Shown here one piece after another: positions 48,872 to 57,137 of a stretch of DNA of 64,000 bases. The stretch comes from a virus (taxonomy: Duplodnaviria > Caudoviricetes), in the IMG/VR virus record IMGVR_UViG_3300001525_000092, positions 1 through 64,000 of that record. One strand, given 5' to 3'. The first letter of the stretch is position 1. Each line of letters begins with the position of its first letter. Both the position numbers and the translations under genes were made by a program. The notes under the pieces are model-generated. The model had not been told where the DNA came from. It was given only the letters and a program-made list of their open reading frames with translations, and made no database searches.

Positions 48872-50017
48872 ATGAGTTGGAAACCAGATTTTGACTACAG
48901 TAACAAGAACATGAACTTTTATAAAGTAGGTTGTAACTTTGATCCTAAGTTGATTGATGTTGCTGTAGAATTGAATGAGAAGTATAAGGGAAAGTCACAG
49001 ATAGTAGAGTTCTTCGGTTCAGATAGGTCTACACAAGATGTCTCTGCACGTCCAGGATGGAGATTGCCGGACATTTCTAAAGAAGAGTTTGCAAGTTATG
49101 TGAAGAAGTTGAAAGAAAACAACATTGGATTCAACTTTACTATGAACTCAATCATTCCATATAGCAATAAAGTAGAAATGGTGAAACATAAGAAGGACAT
49201 TCAAGATCTTGTTAAGTGGCTTGAGTCAATTGGTGTGTACCGTCTTACTATTGCTAATCCAGAGCTTCTTATTATGGTACGTGAAGTATCTAACATAGAA
49301 GTAGAAATGTCTTGTATCACTCACATTGATACTGTGACTCAACTTAAGTACTACCATGAGAACTTTGGAGTGAACAAGTTCTGTAACTCTATTCTTAAGA
49401 ATCGTAACAAGAAGTTCTTAATTAATGCTCAGAAGTATTGTGATGATAATGGATTGGTACTTGAGCTTATGGCAAATGAGTTTTGTGGAGTAGCAGGAGT
49501 AGATAGCAAAGGAACTCATTATGCAACACATTGTGTTTTCAGAGATTCTTGTTATATATGCCATGCTTGCAATAGAACAAAAGAAGATTCTATGCTTGAC
49601 AATAACTATCCAATGGGTTATTGCATGTCTGCACGTTCATCAACTCCAGAAGCATGGCTTCGTATGAGATGGATTCGTCCAGAAGATCAGAAGATCTATC
49701 GAGAGAAGACAGGAGTAAATTACTTTAAGTTGTCTGGACGAACTGGCACAACCGAATATTTGAAATATGTGATGGAAGCATATATGTCAGAAGACTTTGA
49801 CAACAACATCATTTCTCTATGGAAACCATTAAGCTCAATTTATGATGGAAAGACAGAGTTGAAGTCAAAGACTGACATAGATATTCCGAATAAGAAGCTT
49901 GATGGATTCATTGATAAGTGGATGGACGGAAATGGCTGGGAATGTGAGAATGAGCTTTGTGGAACTACTTGTCATTATTGCTTAGATTTTGCTAAAGAAC
50001 ATAATTTATATGAGTAA
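48872..50017 (+). CDS. U32 'peptidase'-family Fe-S protein (TrhP/RlhA/UbiUV-like hydroxylase family)
   Basis: FNFTMN, GVYRLTIANPEL, ELMANEFC...HCVFRDSCYICH...YPMGYC, WIRPED, YFKLSGRT (U32 KIEGR equivalent), Cys-rich C-terminus. Confidence 0.8.
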   Translation: MSWKPDFDYSNKNMNFYKVGCNFDPKLIDVAVELNEKYKGKSQIVEFFGSDRSTQDVSARPGWRLPDISKEEFASYVKKLKENNIGFNFTMNSIIPYSNKVEMVKHKKDIQDLVKWLESIGVYRLTIANPELLIMVREVSNIEVEMSCITHIDTVTQLKYYHENFGVNKFCNSILKNRNKKFLINAQKYCDDNGLVLELMANEFCGVAGVDSKGTHYATHCVFRDSCYICHACNRTKEDSMLDNNYPMGYCMSARSSTPEAWLRMRWIRPEDQKIYREKTGVNYFKLSGRTGTTEYLKYVMEAYMSEDFDNNIISLWKPLSSIYDGKTELKSKTDIDIPNKKLDGFIDKWMDGNGWECENELCGTTCHYCLDFAKEHNLYE

Positions 50018-51107
50018 AGAAACAAAAATCATTGCTGGTCCATGCTCTGCTGAGTCATTGGACCAGTGTCTTTCTACAGCTAAGCAACTTTCAGAGCAAG
50101 GCATTAATGTGTTTAGAGCTGGTGTATGGAAGCCAAGAACAAAACCAGGTGGATTTGAAGGTGTTGGTGAGATTGCATTGAATTGGCTAAGGCAAGTTCG
50201 TAGAGAAACAGGAATGAAAGTTGGATGTGAAGTAGCTAACAAAGAGCAATGTGAACTTGCGTTGATGCATAATCTAGACTATATATGGATAGGCGCAAGA
50301 ACTACAACAGATCCATTTGCGGTTCAAGAGATATCTGACACTATCAAAAAGTTTGTGAATGGCCCAGGTAAGACAATGCATAAGTATGTTGGTAACTTGA
50401 CTGTTCTTGTCAAGAATCCGGTATGTCCTGATTATGACTTGTGGGTAGGTGCTATAGAACGTGTCAAGAACTCCGGTGTCAAGAATGTAGGAGCTATTTT
50501 CAGAGGATTCAAGACATATAATCAATCTAAGTATCGTAATGAGCCTATCTGGGACATTCCATTGAAGCTAATCACTGAATATCCTAACATGGAAGTATAT
50601 TGTGATCCTAGTCATATTTCTGGCAATACAGAGTATCTTCAAGACATATCTAATGCCGCTATAGAGTATGGATTTTCTGGATTGATGATAGAAAGTCATT
50701 GTGATCCAGAGAATGGGTGGACAGATGCTAAGCAACAAGTAAAACCAAGCCAGATACATGAGATAGTCGAGAGACTTCCAAATAATGATGTTCTATGCAG
50801 TGCTACTAATGATGATTTGAAGATGCTTAGTAAACTTAGAGCAGAAGTGACAAGCATTGATAGGACATTGTCATTGCAACTGATTGCAAGAATGAGAGAT
50901 TGCATACAGATAGGTAAGATCAAAGAGAGGATGGGTCAAGAGACTTATCAGAAAGACAGATGGAATCACGTACTGAAGAATGTCAACAAACAATTCAAGG
51001 CATCTAAGCTTTATGATGAATATCCTGATGAGTTTGACTATCTTATTAATGTGATATGGAGCGCAATTCATTCTATGTCATGTAAACTTCAAATTAAGAA
51101 CAAATGA
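50010..51107 (+). CDS. Bifunctional DAHP synthase (type I-beta) / chorismate mutase (AroQ)
   Basis: IAGPCSAES, RAGVWKPRT, WIGART, VKNP, CDPSHISG, GLMIESH, WTDAKQQ; C-terminal LSKLRAEVTSIDR...RM...IGKIK...QKDRW. Confidence 0.92.
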   Translation: MSKETKIIAGPCSAESLDQCLSTAKQLSEQGINVFRAGVWKPRTKPGGFEGVGEIALNWLRQVRRETGMKVGCEVANKEQCELALMHNLDYIWIGARTTTDPFAVQEISDTIKKFVNGPGKTMHKYVGNLTVLVKNPVCPDYDLWVGAIERVKNSGVKNVGAIFRGFKTYNQSKYRNEPIWDIPLKLITEYPNMEVYCDPSHISGNTEYLQDISNAAIEYGFSGLMIESHCDPENGWTDAKQQVKPSQIHEIVERLPNNDVLCSATNDDLKMLSKLRAEVTSIDRTLSLQLIARMRDCIQIGKIKERMGQETYQKDRWNHVLKNVNKQFKASKLYDEYPDEFDYLINVIWSAIHSMSCKLQIKNK

Positions 51108-52228
51108 GAGAAGAATTCAAAAACTTAGCACAATACATTCAGGACAAGAATGTATTGTGTGTCCCAATTATCTCATCAATAAATAGAAAGACTGGTGAGT
51201 ATAAGCTGGATGCGGATGGCAATGTCAATAGAATCATCACTACATTTTGGCATGCTGACACATATAAGAAGCTGACTATTGTGTTGCCTTCTAAGCACAC
51301 ATTAGGAAGTGACTCACTTATATATCAGTGGATCAACATGAAGAGTAGTCCAGAACATGAGATAGAAGTCATTTGGTCCGAGAACTTTGGAATCCACGCA
51401 GGAGAGCAACGCAGCAACTACTTTGTCATCAATAAATTGTTTCATGAGTTGGCAAACTACTTCAATGGAAATTTCATAAATGTGTATATGATAGAATCAC
51501 AAGGATTGCTAGACAAAGCATTTCCTTCTATAGTCACTAAAGACGTGATATTCTGGAACTACACTTGCACTACTAACAAGAAGACAAGGTCATTCTTGAA
51601 TGGCTACAAAGAAGTCAATGAGAGATTTTTCAAGGCGTGTGACAAGACTATAGTAGCTTCACCTGAGCAGGTAGAGTACTTCAATGAAGTTGTTCCTGTA
51701 GAAAAGAACAAGATGATGTACATTCCTACATTCATGGATAGAGACATTCCGTTGTTCAAGTATGCCAAAGACACTGTTCTAGATCAGAAGTTGAAGAGGT
51801 ATAGTAAAGTCTTCAAGATTTTCTACTTGCCATATAGAATGACGGATGAAGGATATCTGATGAATGATGTGATACAGTACATCAATGCTGATCCTAATGA
51901 CTTCAAGATGGTATTGTATGGAGATCCTAACAATAGTGGTTACATGGACACAATCAAAGATAAGTTTGACGGCAATGTGATGTTGAAGAAAGTGTCAACA
52001 TCAAGAAATGTCTACTACACTATTCTTGACTGTGACGCTAACATAACAATACCATATTTTGAGGACATTGCATATATCAATCATGCATCAATCCAAGAGT
52101 TCATAGATGATAGATGCAAGTGTCAGATAGTTCTTGCTAATCATGACACGATTGATCCTTATGGATTGTCAAAGCATGACAATGTAAGATATCTTGCTCC
52201 TTTACATGGACCAGAAAGAGAGAAATAA
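51104..52228 (+). CDS. Putative glycosyltransferase-like (GT-B?) protein
   Basis: 374 aa, ATGA-coupled to DAHP synthase/CM; ACDKTIVASPEQVEYF and FYLPYRMTD resemble GT-B elements; fold is an inference. Confidence 0.4.
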   Translation: MREEFKNLAQYIQDKNVLCVPIISSINRKTGEYKLDADGNVNRIITTFWHADTYKKLTIVLPSKHTLGSDSLIYQWINMKSSPEHEIEVIWSENFGIHAGEQRSNYFVINKLFHELANYFNGNFINVYMIESQGLLDKAFPSIVTKDVIFWNYTCTTNKKTRSFLNGYKEVNERFFKACDKTIVASPEQVEYFNEVVPVEKNKMMYIPTFMDRDIPLFKYAKDTVLDQKLKRYSKVFKIFYLPYRMTDEGYLMNDVIQYINADPNDFKMVLYGDPNNSGYMDTIKDKFDGNVMLKKVSTSRNVYYTILDCDANITIPYFEDIAYINHASIQEFIDDRCKCQIVLANHDTIDPYGLSKHDNVRYLAPLHGPEREK

Positions 52229-52388
52229 AAATCTCTTCTTTCCTATATTCTACACACAAATATATATAATAAGAGAATTATGACATTTAATGTAAATGAA
52301 TTGAAAAATGCTACAATGACAACCGTGCCAGTATATGTATGCCAGACATGTACCGACAACACACATAAATATATTTATGACTATGTGA

Positions 52389-52982
52389 ATGAGTAAGATA
52401 AACATTATATGCATGGATGGCCATGATCGTAGTGGCAAAGATACTATCATGGATTCATTGTCATTTGATGACTATCTAGTATACAAGCAACCAGAGACAG
52501 AAGATCAAGATGTAGACTATAAAGATCCTGAGAAGTTCAAGAACTTCATGGTGAAGTACATCAGGAAAGTTCTAGATGACTTGTACACTATGTCTAAGAT
52601 GAATGGAACAGACAGACCTATAGTGATATCTAGACTTCTTCTTTGTGACAATGTCTTTTCTGACATATATGGTAGAGAGCATGTAGTAGAGAAGTATTTT
52701 GGTAAAGAGATAGAGACTAACTTCAATGTCATCAACTACATCATGCTTTTCAGAGACTATGAAGAGTATGTGAAGAGAGTGGAGATGATAGGAAGTACTA
52801 TTGACTTCACTGAGAAAGAGTTTGATGACATAGTGAGCAACTATAATCATTATAAGTCAGACAAAGACATTGTCAAGTTGATAGATGCAACAGATTCTAA
52901 AGAGAAAGAGTATGCTGACTTTGTGAATGCATTTGAATATTTGACACCACATTATAGATTAGAGCATGATAACACAGTTTGA
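52389..52982 (+). CDS. Thymidylate-kinase-like deoxynucleoside monophosphate kinase
   Basis: P-loop ICMDGHDRSGKDT, IVISRLLLCDNVFSDIYGR. Confidence 0.75.
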   Translation: MSKINIICMDGHDRSGKDTIMDSLSFDDYLVYKQPETEDQDVDYKDPEKFKNFMVKYIRKVLDDLYTMSKMNGTDRPIVISRLLLCDNVFSDIYGREHVVEKYFGKEIETNFNVINYIMLFRDYEEYVKRVEMIGSTIDFTEKEFDDIVSNYNHYKSDKDIVKLIDATDSKEKEYADFVNAFEYLTPHYRLEHDNTV

Positions 52983-53580
52983 GAGACAGTTGACAGAAGT
53001 GCAAGGATCACCATACAACCAAGCAGCAGAGATGATGATCCTTCACTACATGGCTATAGGATACAAGTTCAAGATGAACAGAAATCAGATGCTTGATGAC
53101 TACATTGCTAGTCCTAAAGTATTGTTCACAAGTGTAGTACCACAATATCAGTCACCTTATGACGAAGAGGTAATAGAGCTTGCTATGTCACTTGGGTGGA
53201 AGTTTGTATGTTGTGGAAGACTATATACTGAGCTAGAGCAATTTAGCTATGACAGAAAGAGAACTAATTGGGGTTTGTGTTGGAAATGGGACATTGTATG
53301 GCCTCTTGGTATCAAAGACATGATTGTATCTAACAAAGAGAATAATGCCAAGACTGCATTCATCGGATATCGTATGGATGAAGTGATAGACATGAATGTT
53401 GCTGACTATAGCGGCACTTGCATAGATGCTTCTGAGTTCACTAAGCAGTTCTGTGACTATGTGTCAGACAGGTCATTCAACAACTTTGCATTCAGTGAGT
53501 TGTTGCTAGCTATAGTAGAGAAAGATGTGAAAGTCTTCATTGAAGAAAATGTTGAGAAATATTTTGAAAAAATTTCTTAG
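52966..53580 (+). CDS. Hypothetical protein coupled to the kinase
   Basis: 204 aa, overlaps kinase stop. Confidence 0.65.
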   Translation: MITQFERQLTEVQGSPYNQAAEMMILHYMAIGYKFKMNRNQMLDDYIASPKVLFTSVVPQYQSPYDEEVIELAMSLGWKFVCCGRLYTELEQFSYDRKRTNWGLCWKWDIVWPLGIKDMIVSNKENNAKTAFIGYRMDEVIDMNVADYSGTCIDASEFTKQFCDYVSDRSFNNFAFSELLLAIVEKDVKVFIEENVEKYFEKIS

Positions 53581-53591
53581 TGTTCTATATT
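53563..53591 (+). promoter_or_regulatory. Putative early promoter TTGAAA-N16-TATATT
   Basis: TTGAAA 53564-53569, TATATT 53586-53591. Confidence 0.7.
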
Positions 53592-53595
53592 ATAA

Positions 53596-53778
53596 TTGTT
53601 AATGACACTTAAGAATACAAGAATCAAGTGCAAGATACAGATGAGAGAAGATAGTCATATTGATGACATAGTCAATGTTTGGTTCACATTTGACAATCTT
53701 CCATCACTTGTCTTTAGCATGAATTGGTACTCTTATAAAGAGAATATTGAGAACTGGCTATATACCCAGCCTCATTAA
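53596..53778 (+). CDS. Small hypothetical protein
   Basis: 60-aa ORF. Confidence 0.45.
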   Translation: MLMTLKNTRIKCKIQMREDSHIDDIVNVWFTFDNLPSLVFSMNWYSYKENIENWLYTQPH

Positions 53779-53816
53779 TTAAATAATGTTAAATTAAAAG
53801 TAAATTTAAGAGAAAG

Positions 53817-54899
53817 ATGAAAAAGTTTATTTTAAGCATCTTGATGGCTTTTGTAGCCGTCTTTAGTGTGAATGCACAGAATCAGAGTAACTATAGCAGT
53901 AGTTCTAAGCTTACTGACAATGTGAGTGTGACCGTTCAAGGTGGTGTTCTGACATCATTTGACAACTTCTACTCTGGTCATACTGCTATGGCTCCTATTG
54001 CATTGGTAGGAATTGACAAGTATGTCACTCCGGTGTTTGGAATTGGTATCGAAGGTCGTACATTGATTGGTACTGGACATGGTTCATACAACACTTATAC
54101 CGCATTTGACTATGTGAATGTGTCAGGTTACTTGAAAGGTAACTTGGGTAATGCATTCAATTATGTAGGTGCACGACATGCTTTTGAGCCAGTAGTATAC
54201 ACAGGTATTGGATGGGGTCATGGAACCGCTTATATGCATCCTAACTGGATGACTTACCGTGCCGGTATGGAGCTTAATTACAACTTCGGAAATGCAAAGA
54301 ATTGGGCAGTAGTTGTGAATCCATCAGTTGTATGGAATGACATTGACAATGGCAAGCTTATCAAGAAGAATGGTAGCTTTGAGGTCACAGCAGGTGTAGT
54401 ATATCACTTCAATACATCTAATGGCACTAGTGCATTCAAGAAGGCTAAGCTTTATGACCAGAATGAGATTGATGAGCTCAATGGAAAGATCAATGGATTG
54501 CAGAAGGACTTAGACAATGCTAATGCTACTATCGAGTTGCTGAAGAGCAAGCCTGTTCCACAGACAAACACTGTAGAGACAGTGAAGACAGTTTATCCTA
54601 AGGTACAGTTCAAGCAAGGTTCTGCTAAGATCACTGAGACATCTATGGCTAACATCTATGACATTGCAGATGCATTGAAAGATGTAGATGGCACTATCAA
54701 AGTGACCGGCTATGCTTCAACTGAAGGTAGCACTTCATACAACAAGACATTGTCACTGAAGCGTGCAGAAGCAGTGAAGAATGCACTCGTCAAGGCCGGA
54801 GTTGATGCTTCAAAGATTGAAGTAATTGGTCTTGGTGCTACTGACAAGTTCAATCCTGATGATCTAAGCACTAATCGAGTTGTTACTACAGAGAAGTAA
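53817..54899 (+). CDS. OmpA-family outer membrane protein (Bacteroidales type)
   Basis: Signal peptide ending VNA-Q, beta-barrel with YTGIGWGH and TAGVVYHF, coiled linker, OmpA domain VTGYASTEGSTSYNKTLSLKRAEAVK...NRVV. Confidence 0.9.
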   Translation: MKKFILSILMAFVAVFSVNAQNQSNYSSSSKLTDNVSVTVQGGVLTSFDNFYSGHTAMAPIALVGIDKYVTPVFGIGIEGRTLIGTGHGSYNTYTAFDYVNVSGYLKGNLGNAFNYVGARHAFEPVVYTGIGWGHGTAYMHPNWMTYRAGMELNYNFGNAKNWAVVVNPSVVWNDIDNGKLIKKNGSFEVTAGVVYHFNTSNGTSAFKKAKLYDQNEIDELNGKINGLQKDLDNANATIELLKSKPVPQTNTVETVKTVYPKVQFKQGSAKITETSMANIYDIADALKDVDGTIKVTGYASTEGSTSYNKTLSLKRAEAVKNALVKAGVDASKIEVIGLGATDKFNPDDLSTNRVVTTEK

Positions 54900-54927
54900 C
54901 ATTAAAACAATTCTCTGAAGATTGCTT

Positions 54928-54962
54928 AAATGGACATTGCTTGTGAAAGTGATGTCCATTGT
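54928..54962 (+). terminator. Stem-loop terminator after ompA-like gene
   Basis: aatggacattgctt-gtga-aagtgatgtccatt. Confidence 0.55.
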
Positions 54963-54973
54963 TGATTATGAAA

Positions 54974-55073
54974 AGATGACGCTGGCGGCCTTGAAAATGT
55001 TGCCCTAATATAATTTATATCTCGAGTTATTTCGCGGCCGCCAGCGGCGCCCAGCGACTCCTGGCGTCATCTT
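54974..55073. repeat. GC-rich hairpin element, copy 4
   Basis: agatgacgctggcggcc...ccctaatataatttatatctcgagttatttcgcggccgccagcggcgcccagcgactcctggcgtcatct. Confidence 0.9.
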
Positions 55074-55123
55074 GTAACATATTATTAGATAGAACATAAA
55101 TATATAACACATAAATTAATAAG

Positions 55124-56638
55124 ATGAAAACAAAATGGGTGTATAGTATGGTGATGCTTGCATTCACTTTATTCTTTAGTTGTTGCTCTACTGACATTGA
55201 GAACAACAACATCATAGTTCCTGGATGGAATGAAACAGAAGTAGTGAAGACAGGATCTAACTTCATACTGAATGTTGGTGAGTCAGACTATGGAAAGACT
55301 GACAACCAGAAATCTAAGTCTATGACTAGAGCAATTGATTCTAAGGTGTCATCAAAAGATGCTATCCAAGTAAGTCTAGCTAACAAGCTGAATGGCATCA
55401 TAGGACTGAACTACTCTAACAACATGTGGGATCAGTACAACTTTGACAGCGGAAGCCAGACTAATGTTAAGGAAATCAATGTTGTTGTTGGATCTAATCG
55501 TGGATATGTCTATGCAACATCTGACTTAGATTGTCCTTATGAGACTACTTGGAAGTCTAGCTACAAGATAGATGAAGCTTCACTCACAATAGACGCAAGC
55601 ATAGAAGATGGATATGCTAAGCCTGTGCCTGTTCAGTTCTGGGGCAATCATGCACTAGCCATCAATGATGCTACTAAGACAACTTACTATGAAGGACAAG
55701 AGACAGATGGATGGAGCATAGGAAGTGTCAAGACTTCTACTAAGACTGTGGCAATATCTAAGAACATACAGTATGCTAACTCTGCTATAAGTGCAACATT
55801 CAACTTAGGAGAAGACAAGATACTAGCATGGTATGATGCTTATGAGCAAGTAGAGAATGGTGTGAAAGGAATCAAAGTGACATCAGACCATAAGAGTGAT
55901 GTTGATGACAATGGCATAGCATTGTATCCTGACAAGACTGACAAGAAGAATGGTCTAGATAGAATAGTGTCTGGTGCCTGGTCAGAACAGAACTGCTACT
56001 ATCACGAGAGACACGGAAAGGCTATCAAGATATTTCAGTCTAACAATGCTCAGACATGGCACTTCATAGGAGACGAGCCAGAAGATGACATCAACTTCAT
56101 CATAGAAGAGCTAAGAATAGAATCAAGCAAGTCTGTGACTTACAATGAAGACTTCAACTATACTTGTTCTGATGAGCAAGTACCTTACAAGTACACATTC
56201 TATGATGGAATGATAGAAGATAGTGAGACTGCTTACATGACTGTGTTGCCTACTAATGAAGCATCAAGCAAAGTAATTATCAAGTGCAAGATCAACAAGT
56301 TCCCTACTTCTTCTACTAAGAAGTTTGATTGGTACATAGAGAAGACAGTGAATAGTGATGAGTATGTTGCAGTGAAAGACAACACTGAGTTCTTCATCAT
56401 TGGAAAGATAAGCCAAGTAGAAGGAAAGACACCTACAGGCACTCCGTACAAAGACACCTGGACTTCTGGCATCTATGTTCCTGATGCTATCACTAAAGTG
56501 AATCTGAACATCAACAATCTATGTGTCAAAGGTGCAGTAGTGACTGATCCAGATGGACAAGTGAACTCTAACACTATATTCAACTTTGACTATGAGTATG
56601 GGGAGATGGAAGGAAGTTGGTCAACAGGTTATTTTTAA
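55124..56638 (+). CDS. Bacteroidales-type lipoprotein, possibly fimbrillin/type V pilin-like
   Basis: Lipobox FFSC, SMTRA motif after a linker, beta-rich body. Confidence 0.55.
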   Translation: MKTKWVYSMVMLAFTLFFSCCSTDIENNNIIVPGWNETEVVKTGSNFILNVGESDYGKTDNQKSKSMTRAIDSKVSSKDAIQVSLANKLNGIIGLNYSNNMWDQYNFDSGSQTNVKEINVVVGSNRGYVYATSDLDCPYETTWKSSYKIDEASLTIDASIEDGYAKPVPVQFWGNHALAINDATKTTYYEGQETDGWSIGSVKTSTKTVAISKNIQYANSAISATFNLGEDKILAWYDAYEQVENGVKGIKVTSDHKSDVDDNGIALYPDKTDKKNGLDRIVSGAWSEQNCYYHERHGKAIKIFQSNNAQTWHFIGDEPEDDINFIIEELRIESSKSVTYNEDFNYTCSDEQVPYKYTFYDGMIEDSETAYMTVLPTNEASSKVIIKCKINKFPTSSTKKFDWYIEKTVNSDEYVAVKDNTEFFIIGKISQVEGKTPTGTPYKDTWTSGIYVPDAITKVNLNINNLCVKGAVVTDPDGQVNSNTIFNFDYEYGEMEGSWSTGYF

Positions 56639-56652
56639 CCAAAACAAAAAAA

Positions 56653-57091
56653 ATGAAATCATTAACAGTTTTTTTTGAATGAGTCAATAATAGATGAATC
56701 AAACTTTTCTTCTAAAGGAATATTCAATTTCAGAATGGAAAGATACAATGATAAGAAATATGTTCCTTTGACACTAGAAGAATTCATCGACAAAGTAAGA
56801 AAAGAGAAAGACATCCAGATAGGATATCAAGTTTCTGATAAGAACAAATATGTTGTACTAAGAGAAACTGGTTCTGGATCAGAAGTGAACTCTAACTGGA
56901 AAGTGACAACACTAGACGACTTTGTGTCTAGTGACATAGCAAAGAAATGTTCTTCTTATAAGATGTATTCTTATACTGGTGGATATGCTTTAGGCATTGT
57001 GTTTGATGCTAGTGTCAATCATGGAAAAGGATTCATAGAATATTCTCCTAGCGATGTAAGAGTAAAAGAAGTAGAAGACTTGAAATTATAA
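56653..57091 (+). CDS. Hypothetical protein with capsid-targeting-like N-terminus, frameshifted in a T8 tract
   Basis: ATG 56653 gives MKSLTVFLNESIIDES if T8 (56669-56676) is T7; TATTTTTAA at 56630-56638. Confidence 0.6.
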
Positions 57092-57099
57092 AATATAGA

Positions 57100-57131
57100 A
57101 AAAAAGACATGTACTAGTACATGTCTTTTTT
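57100..57131. terminator. Bidirectional terminator (perfect 32-bp palindrome)
   Basis: aaaaaagacatgtactagtacatgtctttttt between convergent genes. Confidence 0.75.
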
Positions 57132-57137
57132 GTATGT

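Noticed and set aside
48872-50017. Annotation as collagenase/protease
   Set aside because: Characterised Cys-rich U32 members are Fe-S hydroxylation enzymes, and the gene context (prephenate synthesis, nucleotide kinase) fits that better
6334-55073. GC-rich repeats as a CRISPR array, tRNAs or Xer dif sites
   Set aside because: Copies are kilobases apart with no spacers; no cloverleaf or T-loop; the match to the XerD arm is partial and not conserved in copy 1
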